Source of the DNA: Gemmatimonadaceae bacterium
GTDB taxonomy: Bacteria; Gemmatimonadota; Gemmatimonadetes; Gemmatimonadales; Gemmatimonadaceae
Direction of reading: 5' to 3'
DNA length: 64,000 nt
Assembly: GCA_044224875.1 (NCBI GenBank)
Contig: JBGAJQ010000001.1
Span: forward strand, 32,001 to 96,000
Positions 41,023-49,355 of this stretch are shown piece after piece; positions within the stretch are counted from its first letter, which is position 1; every line of letters starts with the position of its first letter. The translations under genes were made by a program, and so were the position numbers. The notes under the pieces are model-generated. The model searched no databases and was not told the DNA's origin. It saw only the letters and a program-made list of their open reading frames with translations.

Positions 41023-41173
41023 GACCGGGCGCCGGTGGAGGGAGGTGCGTCACGATGCCAAGTACCGAGCGCCATGATACTGCACCCAAGTCCGCGTCCC
41101 ATTCAACCACGCCCGTTCTCGATACGCAGGCAGGCGCGGCCGCCGACAGCGCTCCGCGCCGCGTTACGTCGAC

Positions 41174-43669
41174 CTAGCGCGTGAAGCGAAACCCCACAGT
41201 GGTGGTTCGCCCAGAGGTGATCTGCAGGTTGTCCCGCTCGTTCCGTTGGGTGTTGGAGATGTTGTCCACTCGCGCAAACCACTCGATGTTTCCAGTGAGC
41301 GTCTGGGAGAGCGAGACGTACGGCTTCATGAGCGAAGGGTACTCCACCAGGTATTGGCGGAGTGAGGCGCGCTGGGGAAGGGAACCGACCTCGCCACCAT
41401 AGAACGTGAGCCAATCGTAGCCAGTCCATGGGCCGATGTAGCTCGACCCGACGGTGAGGCGCGTAGGCCCATGCTCCCACGTGAGCGATGCCAAGCCAGA
41501 GGAACGTGGGACCTCTGGCACTCGGTCGCCGACGGCCAGGTCACCGGAATACGTCTGCGATAGGGCCCGCACGCGGCTGTCCGTGAGCGCGAACGATACC
41601 CCGGCGCGGAACTCGCCGGCGCGCGCCGACCCTTCCATCTCCAGACCGGAATTCTCGATGCGACCAACGTTCTGGTACTGAATGGAACGCAACGCGTTTT
41701 GTGTCGCCCGTCCGAGGATCACCTGCTGCACCAACCCATCCGCGTTTTGATGGTACGCCGTCAACGACAAGGAGGCACGGTCACCGAGGTACCATTCAAC
41801 GCCGGTCTCGAAACCGGACTGGGACTCTGGCTCCAGGTTGGGATTCTCAATCTGCTGGAACGTCAGCGAAATCAACGCTCGGCGAGCGTTCGACGGAGGT
41901 GGTCGCAGTCCTTTCCCGTATGCGTATCGCAGCTTGAACGTGGAGCTGCCGATGTCGTGCGTCAGCGACGTTCCGACCATGGGTGACCATGCGGCCCCGA
42001 CTTGCGGACCAAAGCTCGTATTCTGCTCGCGCCGCAGACCTGCGGTAACAAACAGCGTGTGGGCCACGTCGAGTTTCGCGTGCGCGAACAGTCCGCTGTT
42101 GATCACGCGGTCGGAGTACAGCGTGGTAAGGCCGTCCCCCGACTCGAAGATGTTCGACCAGAATCCAAGTCGCTCGCGAAGCAGGTTGGAACGCTCGGCG
42201 CCGAGTGTGACAGATGCCGCGCCGTTTGCCGCTTCGTGGAGTGTGAAGACCGTGCTGTATCGCAACGAGGACTTGCTCACGCGCTCCTCGGTCGCGCCGA
42301 GCAACGCGTCAGCGACCGTCGCCGGTTCTCCTTGCGAGGGAATGGCACCGGCGTGCCGATCCAGCCCGATGATCAGGGACTGTCGCCATCGTGGCAACGG
42401 TTGGTAGTCGAGGAGCGCGCCGTAGGTCTCGGTCTCGATGTTCTGCTGTGCCAGCTGCGGACGAATAGCTGTCGACACATCCAGCGTGCTGATGAGCGGA
42501 TTTTGGGCGGAGGTGAAGCGAATGTCTGCGTAGCGCGCGATGCCCTCGATGCGCAACGGCCCGAGGAGCTGGCGCACGCCGCCAAACGCACTGCGGAATC
42601 CCTCGTGCCCGCCCGGGACAATGGCTCCCGCATCGTCATATGACCCGCCCAGACCTAACGACGTTCGGCTTCCGCCCGACTGCGCGTATCCCGTGTGTCG
42701 CTGCGCCAACTCGCGCCCACTCATGAAACGAGATTCCTGCAGGCCTCCCGACACGGCAATGTCGGCCTGGGGCTTCCATCCGCTTCCCAACCGGCCGTGC
42801 TTCGTGACAACCTGCACCACGCCACTGATTGCATCACTGCCGTACAGCGCAGAGCCCTGCGGCCCGCGGATGACTTCGATGCGTTCCACACTGGCCGGGT
42901 CAATCGCGAAGAGGAGCACGGGGCTCGCCAGCTCCACCCCGTCGACATAGGTCTTGAGGTAGTTCGACGTGAACGAGCTGGAACCGCGCACCGAGCCGAT
43001 TTGCGCGAAGGGTCCGGCGATTCCCAGGTCCCAGGAGACGACACCGGGAATACCAGTGCGGAACAAGGCCTCCATGCTCGTTGCGCCTGCCGAGGCGATC
43101 TGTGTGGCCGACAGCACCGTCACGGCGGTCGGGAGTTCTCGCTCGGGCGCGCCAAGCGCTGGCGTGCCCATCACCAGCACGCGATCCATGACCTGCGGGC
43201 GCACCTGCACGCGCTGCACCAGTGGCGTACCCGACGACGGACTCTCTGGTGAGACGGGCGTGAGGGCGTACGTGGGTGCGCGTACCAGCACGACGTGTCC
43301 GGCCGGTGTGGCAATCACGTCGATGTCCGTGCCTCGCAATGCGTCAGCCAGGACGTCGCCAACCGGTTGTCGGTCGCGTGCGATGGTGACGCGACGGTTC
43401 AACGGAACGACGTCACTACTGTAGGAAAGCCGGAGCCCGCCCGCCTGCGCGATGTGGCGCAACGCAATGTCAAGCGGGACGTCGGCAAGGTGCACTGTCA
43501 CCAGTCGCGACAGCACATTCCCCCGACTATCGGCGCGGACGATCCCGCTATCGGCGCCTAACGTTACCTGACGTGTCTGCGCCCTACCCGCCAGGGGACA
43601 GGCGACCAGAAACGTCAGGAGAATCGCAAGTCCGCGCCGCCGGGTGTGCGCGGCTGACGGCGCGTTCAC
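41174..43669 (-). CDS. TonB-dependent receptor with N-terminal STN signalling domain
   Basis: STN (PLDIALRHIA...LSYS), plug IEVIRGPQGSALYGSDAISGVV, NPNLEPE, C-terminal VGFRF. GTG start overlaps the fecR stop. Confidence 0.85.
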   Translation of the reverse strand: MNAPSAAHTRRRGLAILLTFLVACPLAGRAQTRQVTLGADSGIVRADSRGNVLSRLVTVHLADVPLDIALRHIAQAGGLRLSYSSDVVPLNRRVTIARDRQPVGDVLADALRGTDIDVIATPAGHVVLVRAPTYALTPVSPESPSSGTPLVQRVQVRPQVMDRVLVMGTPALGAPERELPTAVTVLSATQIASAGATSMEALFRTGIPGVVSWDLGIAGPFAQIGSVRGSSSFTSNYLKTYVDGVELASPVLLFAIDPASVERIEVIRGPQGSALYGSDAISGVVQVVTKHGRLGSGWKPQADIAVSGGLQESRFMSGRELAQRHTGYAQSGGSRTSLGLGGSYDDAGAIVPGGHEGFRSAFGGVRQLLGPLRIEGIARYADIRFTSAQNPLISTLDVSTAIRPQLAQQNIETETYGALLDYQPLPRWRQSLIIGLDRHAGAIPSQGEPATVADALLGATEERVSKSSLRYSTVFTLHEAANGAASVTLGAERSNLLRERLGFWSNIFESGDGLTTLYSDRVINSGLFAHAKLDVAHTLFVTAGLRREQNTSFGPQVGAAWSPMVGTSLTHDIGSSTFKLRYAYGKGLRPPPSNARRALISLTFQQIENPNLEPESQSGFETGVEWYLGDRASLSLTAYHQNADGLVQQVILGRATQNALRSIQYQNVGRIENSGLEMEGSARAGEFRAGVSFALTDSRVRALSQTYSGDLAVGDRVPEVPRSSGLASLTWEHGPTRLTVGSSYIGPWTGYDWLTFYGGEVGSLPQRASLRQYLVEYPSLMKPYVSLSQTLTGNIEWFARVDNISNTQRNERDNLQITSGRTTTVGFRFTR

Positions 43670-44742
43670 ACGCCGTCCCGCGCGGCCACGTCCATGGCAC
43701 GCGGCCGGATGGGATCTTGTGACGACGTGCGGGGCGCCGGACGCCCGATATAGACCCGCCCCTGTTGTTCGAAGCGAATCTCCAAGGTGAGGCCGATGAC
43801 GCGAAGCACCTCTTCGATCGGCTCGCTGCGAAACGATGCCGTCAGGTGGCGCGCGGCCAACGTCGAATCGGCAAAGCGCAGATCGACATCGTACCAACGG
43901 CTCAACTCCACGGCGACCGCTGACATCGGAACATCGTCGAAGATCAACTCGCCATCGCGCCAGGCGAGCAGCCGGTCCACCGCGACGCCCGACGTGACCT
44001 CCGTCTTGCCGTCGGCGCCAACGCGAGCGACATCCTGCTTGGCGAGCAAGACCGCCACGGCCTGCGGCGCGGACTGGTGGATCACGGAGACGGCACCCTC
44101 GCGCACCGCGACGCGCACGCCCCGTTCGCCCGGGTACGCGCGCATGGAGAATTCCGTACCCACGTCTTCCGCGAGCACTCCGCCAGCTTCTACCCGGAAG
44201 GGGTGCTCCGCATCGTGACGGACGGAAAAGATGGCCTCACCCTCGAGTTGCACCTGACGAACACCATCCGGAGTTGGGGCCATCCGCAGGGCGCTACGAG
44301 CTCCCAGGATGGCCTGAGAGCCGTCGGGCAACTGGAGCGTGCGTCGCTCGCCAACACCCGTCCGCACATCGAGCGACGCAACGCCGGCTGTTGCGGGAGC
44401 CTCGCGCGTCCCCACTATCCGCGTGACACCATACAGGCCTACCGCCAGCACCAGCGCTGCCGCGATCGGGAGTGCCGTCCACTGCCACGCTCGTCGACGA
44501 ACCGGTATGACCTCGTGTCGGCTCGCCTCTTCAGCGATCCGCGATGACAGTTGGCTCCAGGCACGATCGACGTCGAAGGACGACGTTGATCCCGACAGCC
44601 TCCATCGCCGAGCGACCGAGTCCAGCAATCGGCGACGCACTGTGTCATCTACCGCGGAACGATCGACCTCGGCGACTTCTGCCGCGGTTGATTCGTGTGC
44701 GACGTAACGAGCTAACCGCTCCCAATCGATGTGCTCGCTCAT
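43666..44742 (-). CDS. fecR: FecR-family anti-sigma/sensor
   Basis: T..GERRTLQLPDGS, LEGEAIFSV, DVGTEF, AWRDGELIFDD, ELSRWYDV. Confidence 0.9.
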   Translation of the reverse strand: MSEHIDWERLARYVAHESTAAEVAEVDRSAVDDTVRRRLLDSVARRWRLSGSTSSFDVDRAWSQLSSRIAEEASRHEVIPVRRRAWQWTALPIAAALVLAVGLYGVTRIVGTREAPATAGVASLDVRTGVGERRTLQLPDGSQAILGARSALRMAPTPDGVRQVQLEGEAIFSVRHDAEHPFRVEAGGVLAEDVGTEFSMRAYPGERGVRVAVREGAVSVIHQSAPQAVAVLLAKQDVARVGADGKTEVTSGVAVDRLLAWRDGELIFDDVPMSAVAVELSRWYDVDLRFADSTLAARHLTASFRSEPIEEVLRVIGLTLEIRFEQQGRVYIGRPAPRTSSQDPIRPRAMDVAARDGV

Positions 44743-44801
44743 CTACATATCCCTGTGTGCTGCATGATGTTACCGACATCCTGACATTCGCCCACGTATT
44801 C

Positions 44802-44828
44802 GACACGCATGGGTCTCCTCCCCCCTTA
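44802..44828 (-). promoter_or_regulatory. Candidate ECF (FecI-type) promoter of fecR-TBDR
   Basis: TAAGGG-N17-TGTC on the minus strand. A similar element lies at 45611..45636. Confidence 0.35.
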
Positions 44829-45026
44829 CTGCGGCGAAACGCGGCTGATAGAGTGCACACATGCGCCGAGTTGACGAGGTCGGGAACGTCTCATTTCGCG
44901 GGCGGTACGACGGCAGATGTCACCTCGCACCCAACGGTCCTGACGATGGCTGCCGCCGACCTCGTTCGTACGATAACGGCAGAGCGATCCAGGCTCACAA
45001 CACCGTTCGGCTCACCGTCGCCTGAC

Positions 45027-45590
45027 ATGAACGATCTCGCGGCCGAACCGTCGGATGCCGCACTCGTCCAGCGCATTCGCGCGGGTGATGAACGAGCACT
45101 GGAGATCGTATTTCGCGCGCACTATGGCAGTCTGGCGGGTTTTGTGCAGCGGTATGTGCAGGCCCCGGATGTGGCTGAGGAACTAGTCCAGGACATTTTC
45201 CTGAAGTTGTGGAGTCGTCGGGAGCAGCTGACGGAAATCGAGTCGCTCCGCACCTACCTGTTCCGCGCCGTGCGCAATCAAGCGTTGAACTGGTTGCGCC
45301 GACGCAAGCTGGAGCGGCGCTGGGAGGAGGAGCATAGCGAGGAGTCCGAGCCCGTCACGTCGATTGCAGCTGACGATGACGCATCAGAGCAGGAAATTAC
45401 GCAGGCCGTGCGTTACGCCGTCGACCGGCTGCCACCGCGCTGCCGAGAGATCTTTCTCCTCAGCCGGGATGGTGGACTCACGTACAACGAAATTGCCAAG
45501 GCCCTGGATATCTCGGTGAAGACGGTGGAAACGCAGATGGGCCGAGCCCTTAAGGCCCTTCGGGTGTCCCTGGCATCCTGGCGCCAATAG
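45027..45590 (+). CDS. FecI-like ECF sigma-70 factor, divergent from fecR
   Basis: AEELVQDIFLKLW, YLFRAVRN, LPPRCREIFLLSR..GLTYNEIA..LDISVKTVE. Confidence 0.92.
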   Translation: MNDLAAEPSDAALVQRIRAGDERALEIVFRAHYGSLAGFVQRYVQAPDVAEELVQDIFLKLWSRREQLTEIESLRTYLFRAVRNQALNWLRRRKLERRWEEEHSEESEPVTSIAADDDASEQEITQAVRYAVDRLPPRCREIFLLSRDGGLTYNEIAKALDISVKTVETQMGRALKALRVSLASWRQ

Positions 45591-45610
45591 GTCGCGCCGA
45601 AGCGGCCGGG

Positions 45611-45636
45611 TCAGGGTGGCGCGGGGGCGAATTGTC
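45611..45636 (+). promoter_or_regulatory. Candidate ECF promoter of the downstream lipoprotein gene
   Basis: TCAGGG-N16-TGTC, matching the motif upstream of fecR. Confidence 0.3.
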
Positions 45637-45740
45637 ACATACATACACGGCGTCGAGCTGGCTCCGCGAGGGTCCGGGAACAGGGGGCGCGCCGCCAGGA
45701 AACCGTTCCAGCCCATGACACGATCCGAAGTAGGCAGGAC

Positions 45741-46514
45741 ATGCGTCGACTGAAGTTGCTGGCACTCGCGGTGTGCTGCGCGTTAGGTGCAACGGCGTGC
45801 GTGGACGCACCGAGTTCGCCGGCAGCGGCGTCCGATGAAAACGTCCTTGCCGCCAGTCTGGATGCCCTATCGCGTGAGGCAGCGCAGGCGGGAGACTCGG
45901 AACGAAGTCAGGAGTTCTTGTGGGCCGCGATCGCGGTTCGAGGCGGCGTGACGCCCTCCAAACTCCAGATCAAGAGCGCTGGAGTGCTGCAGGCCTACGA
46001 GGCGTTGGTGAACGCAGTGGGTTGGGCCTCGCCCATTCCGCCGCAGCGCGTGCCAACGCACCGGACGTTGTTGGCATGGCGGCGCGCCGGGTCATCGCTC
46101 CAGACGTTGATGATCAGCTCCACCGCTGACGTGCTTCCCGTGCAAAATCCCCTGAGCGCATCGCCCACCACCTCCCTAGCGGCTCCGTTTGCCGGCGCCC
46201 ACGTCTTGTATGCGGTGCGGGGCGATATTGGGGCGGGTACCTGGGTGGGCGTCTCAGGCACCGTGAAGATCGCGGAAAATGCGTCGACGACCGTGTGTGT
46301 ACCGGTAACTGGCAACAAGCAGTCACCGAATGGCATTGGGTGCCAGCAGGTGACCTATACCGTGGGGTTTGAGGTGGCGACGTATCCCGCCATTGGCAAC
46401 TCCGGCCTGCCGGCCACGGATCGCCCGGGGTTGCATCTGGGTGCCAACGATCAGGTGACGAACGGGGCCAAGCTCGTCCTCTCCTGCGCCGCCCCGTCCG
46501 CGAACGGTTGCTGA
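45741..46514 (+). CDS. Hypothetical lipoprotein, paralog of 5080..5823
   Basis: Lipobox ATAC. Shares the GVTPS, AW.R, W.G..G.V and G.KL motifs with the paralog. Confidence 0.75.
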   Translation: MRRLKLLALAVCCALGATACVDAPSSPAAASDENVLAASLDALSREAAQAGDSERSQEFLWAAIAVRGGVTPSKLQIKSAGVLQAYEALVNAVGWASPIPPQRVPTHRTLLAWRRAGSSLQTLMISSTADVLPVQNPLSASPTTSLAAPFAGAHVLYAVRGDIGAGTWVGVSGTVKIAENASTTVCVPVTGNKQSPNGIGCQQVTYTVGFEVATYPAIGNSGLPATDRPGLHLGANDQVTNGAKLVLSCAAPSANGC

Positions 46515-46605
46515 CTCCGTTCGAGCGAGCCGCTCGAGGCTCGGATCCAAAATGAAAAAGGCATGCACCCGGGTCACATCCAGCGTATCGTGCACCGGCG
46601 TCGAA

Positions 46606-46636
46606 CGGCCCGGCCGACGGTGCGTCGGCCGGGCCG
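46606..46636. terminator. Perfect 14-bp inverted repeat between convergent genes
   Basis: CGGCCCGGCCGACG-gtg-CGTCGGCCGGGCCG. Confidence 0.55.
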
Positions 46637-46652
46637 CGGTGTTCGAGTCTCC

Positions 46653-49244
46653 CTAACGCTCAGGGTCGAGTGCGCGCTTGATCTGCGCCCGCGCGTCCTG
46701 CAGGTGCGCACGTGTATCCCGGTCGCCGGCACGAGGGAGCGCGCGCGCGAGATCGGCATCCAGCTGTGAGAGTTCGGCACGGAACATCGACCGAATGTCA
46801 CTGGTGGCCCTGGCCGGTGCGAAGTTCGCCGCGAACGCAGGCGGAAGGCCCGCAGGCAGGGCGGGCGCCGAGGGATTGACCTTGGCCGCTGCCTGCACGA
46901 GATACGCACGTTGAAGCTCACGGCGTACCGCGTCGATCTTCACGGCACCGTTCCCGAGTTCGTGCCAGATACCATTCCGGACGTCGCTCAACAACTCGCC
47001 TAACGTATATGCGTCACCCTTCTGGCCGTCGACGGCGCCGAACTCGGTCACTCGTTCGAGTCGTCGGTCGTTGAACAGCGCGGACAGGATGCCCGCCTGC
47101 TGCTGATTGATCCGGCGAATGGCGCCCTCGACCTCGATGCGCCTCAGAATCGCGGGATCCAGGAAGAAGCTCGGGGTCGCGAAGGCGTTCTCGTTGAGGA
47201 ATGCGACAGCTTGCTTCTGCCGGGCGCGCGGCCACGGGGTGTACCTCGCACCATCCTGCCCGGCGTACTTCTCCTGGGCTTGGGCACCTCCAACAATGAT
47301 GGTCACATGCCGAAGTTCGTTGGCCCACTGGCCGATCAGGCGGCCATACATCTCGTTCAGGTCTTCGTAGTCCTGCCCGTCATGCACGGTTGCCGGGACC
47401 AGCAGCGGCACGATTTGACGGATGCTCTTCATCCCCCATCCCGTCGCCTTCACCGGATCGGCATCGCCGACGGCTTCGGTCTGGTCGCCGGGGTCGGAAC
47501 CGCGAGAGTCCGACATGTTGAACCTGAACCACGGCGTCGCGTCCTGCTCGCGCGACCAGCGATCCAGCGTGTTCCACTCCTCGTCAGGCGTCCGGGCACC
47601 CGCGATGGGCGCGTAGCCCCAGTGGATGATGTACCGATCGTAGACGCCGACGTCGGGGATCAGGTCCTCGAGGTCGATCTGGTCTTCAGGCTGCGCCGTA
47701 TAGTTGAAGCGTGAGTAGTCCATGATGGATGGCGAGTGCCCCATCTTCTTGACCCAGGTGCGAGAGCGCACGGAGTCAACCGGATAGGTGCTGCTCCCCT
47801 TCTGGTCATGCTGCAGGCCGATGGTGTGCCCGACTTCGTGCGCCACCACGAATTCCACGAGGCGCCCCATCAGGGAGTCCGGGAACGGCCACATGCGCGC
47901 GCGGGGATCCAGGTGCCCCACCTGGGTGAAGTACCAGCTGCGCTGCAGGTTCATGATGTTGTGGTACATGTAAATGTCGGACTCGAGAATCTCCCCCGAG
48001 CGAGGATCGTGCACGTTCGGGCCCGTCGCGTTTTCGATGGTTGACGGGAACCATCGGATCACCGAATACCGCGCATCCTCTGGCGCCCAGTCGGGATCTT
48101 CCTGGGGGCTCGGGGCATCCTTCGCAACGATTCCGCGTCGAAATCCGGCCGCCTCGAACGCCGGTTGCCAATCCTCGATGCCCTTCTTCACCCACGGAAC
48201 CAGCCACTTGGGCGTTGCCGGATCCACGTAATACTCGATCGGCTTGACCGGTTCGGAAATCGCAGCTGACGGGTCCTTCTTCTCCAGCCGCCAACGAATG
48301 ATGTAGTTGCGTTCCTGCGCCCGTTGTTCCGGGCGGCCATAGTCGAGGGTGTTGATGCCAAAGAAGCCAGTGCGCTTGTCAGCGAGGCGCGCCATCATCG
48401 GGTGGTCCGGCAGCTTCACCATGCTCCAATGCACCCCAACGGTCGACGTAGACGTGCTGGCTGGTGCAAACGGGTTGACCGGTGCGGCAACCCCCGCCCC
48501 GGCTGGCGGTGCGGGGATGGTGAGCGTGGCCTCGACTTCCACGTTTTGCGGGAAGGAAAGCACGCGGTCAATGAAGCTCCGTGTGGGGTCCGGCGTGCCA
48601 CGGAACTGCGGGCCGGGTCCAATTTCGGTGGGTGGCGCGGTGTACAAACGCGTCACATCGATCACCGCCGCACTGTCTGGCCCATACGCCTCGACGTTGA
48701 AGCCGGCGAGGATGGCGTCCGTGTTCGAGTTCCGGACGGCTTGATAGATCGGCTGCGTGGAATCGGCCACGGTCTCGAACGAGATGTTTCGGAAGTAGAC
48801 GCGGTTCTCGCGCCGCTCCCAGCGCACCACGCGAGTGGGGCCCACTTGCTGTCCGCCATAGCCCGCGTTGACCGGCACGCGGGACGCTCTCGTCACGAGC
48901 AACAAGTCCCGGTTCAGCGCCGTACGAGGGATCTCGAAGTACACACGGCTTCCAAGCCGGTGTGTCTTGAACAGTCCATCGCGCGACTTGGCCAGCGAGG
49001 TGATGACGCGGGCATATGGCCGCGGCTGCGGGTCCGGTGACGGCGCACCGCCCGCTTGCGCCCTCGCACTGTCCGGGGCTTGGCCAGGAACGCCGCCTTC
49101 AGGTGCGCCAGCAGGGCGAGCATTCGCCGCGGGAGCCGGCGCAGGCACGGGAGCCGGAGCTGGTTTGGGTGCGCCAGTACAAGACATGGCGGCCAGTGCC
49201 ACCGCTCCCAGTGCCGGAACGCGACGGAACGATTTCATGTGCAT
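46653..49244 (-). CDS. Zinc-dependent metalloprotease lipoprotein (DUF5117/DUF4953, EcxA-like)
   Basis: HEVGHTIGLQH, Met-turn SIMDY, WQPAFEAAGF, DPRSGEI. Confidence 0.9.
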   Translation of the reverse strand: MHMKSFRRVPALGAVALAAMSCTGAPKPAPAPVPAPAPAANARPAGAPEGGVPGQAPDSARAQAGGAPSPDPQPRPYARVITSLAKSRDGLFKTHRLGSRVYFEIPRTALNRDLLLVTRASRVPVNAGYGGQQVGPTRVVRWERRENRVYFRNISFETVADSTQPIYQAVRNSNTDAILAGFNVEAYGPDSAAVIDVTRLYTAPPTEIGPGPQFRGTPDPTRSFIDRVLSFPQNVEVEATLTIPAPPAGAGVAAPVNPFAPASTSTSTVGVHWSMVKLPDHPMMARLADKRTGFFGINTLDYGRPEQRAQERNYIIRWRLEKKDPSAAISEPVKPIEYYVDPATPKWLVPWVKKGIEDWQPAFEAAGFRRGIVAKDAPSPQEDPDWAPEDARYSVIRWFPSTIENATGPNVHDPRSGEILESDIYMYHNIMNLQRSWYFTQVGHLDPRARMWPFPDSLMGRLVEFVVAHEVGHTIGLQHDQKGSSTYPVDSVRSRTWVKKMGHSPSIMDYSRFNYTAQPEDQIDLEDLIPDVGVYDRYIIHWGYAPIAGARTPDEEWNTLDRWSREQDATPWFRFNMSDSRGSDPGDQTEAVGDADPVKATGWGMKSIRQIVPLLVPATVHDGQDYEDLNEMYGRLIGQWANELRHVTIIVGGAQAQEKYAGQDGARYTPWPRARQKQAVAFLNENAFATPSFFLDPAILRRIEVEGAIRRINQQQAGILSALFNDRRLERVTEFGAVDGQKGDAYTLGELLSDVRNGIWHELGNGAVKIDAVRRELQRAYLVQAAAKVNPSAPALPAGLPPAFAANFAPARATSDIRSMFRAELSQLDADLARALPRAGDRDTRAHLQDARAQIKRALDPER

Positions 49245-49355
49245 CTCGTGAGCAGGAAGGAACGCGCGATCCCGACTGGATGCGCGACGCGTAAGCCTAA
49301 CTCCTGACGAACGCAACGCTAGGCGGCGGCGTTGCATTCGCCGCGCTGCCGGCTG

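Noticed and set aside
49100..49185. Short GGAGCCGG-type repeats
   Set aside because: They encode the Pro/Ala linker (PAPAPVPAPAP) of the metalloprotease and are not a DNA repeat element.
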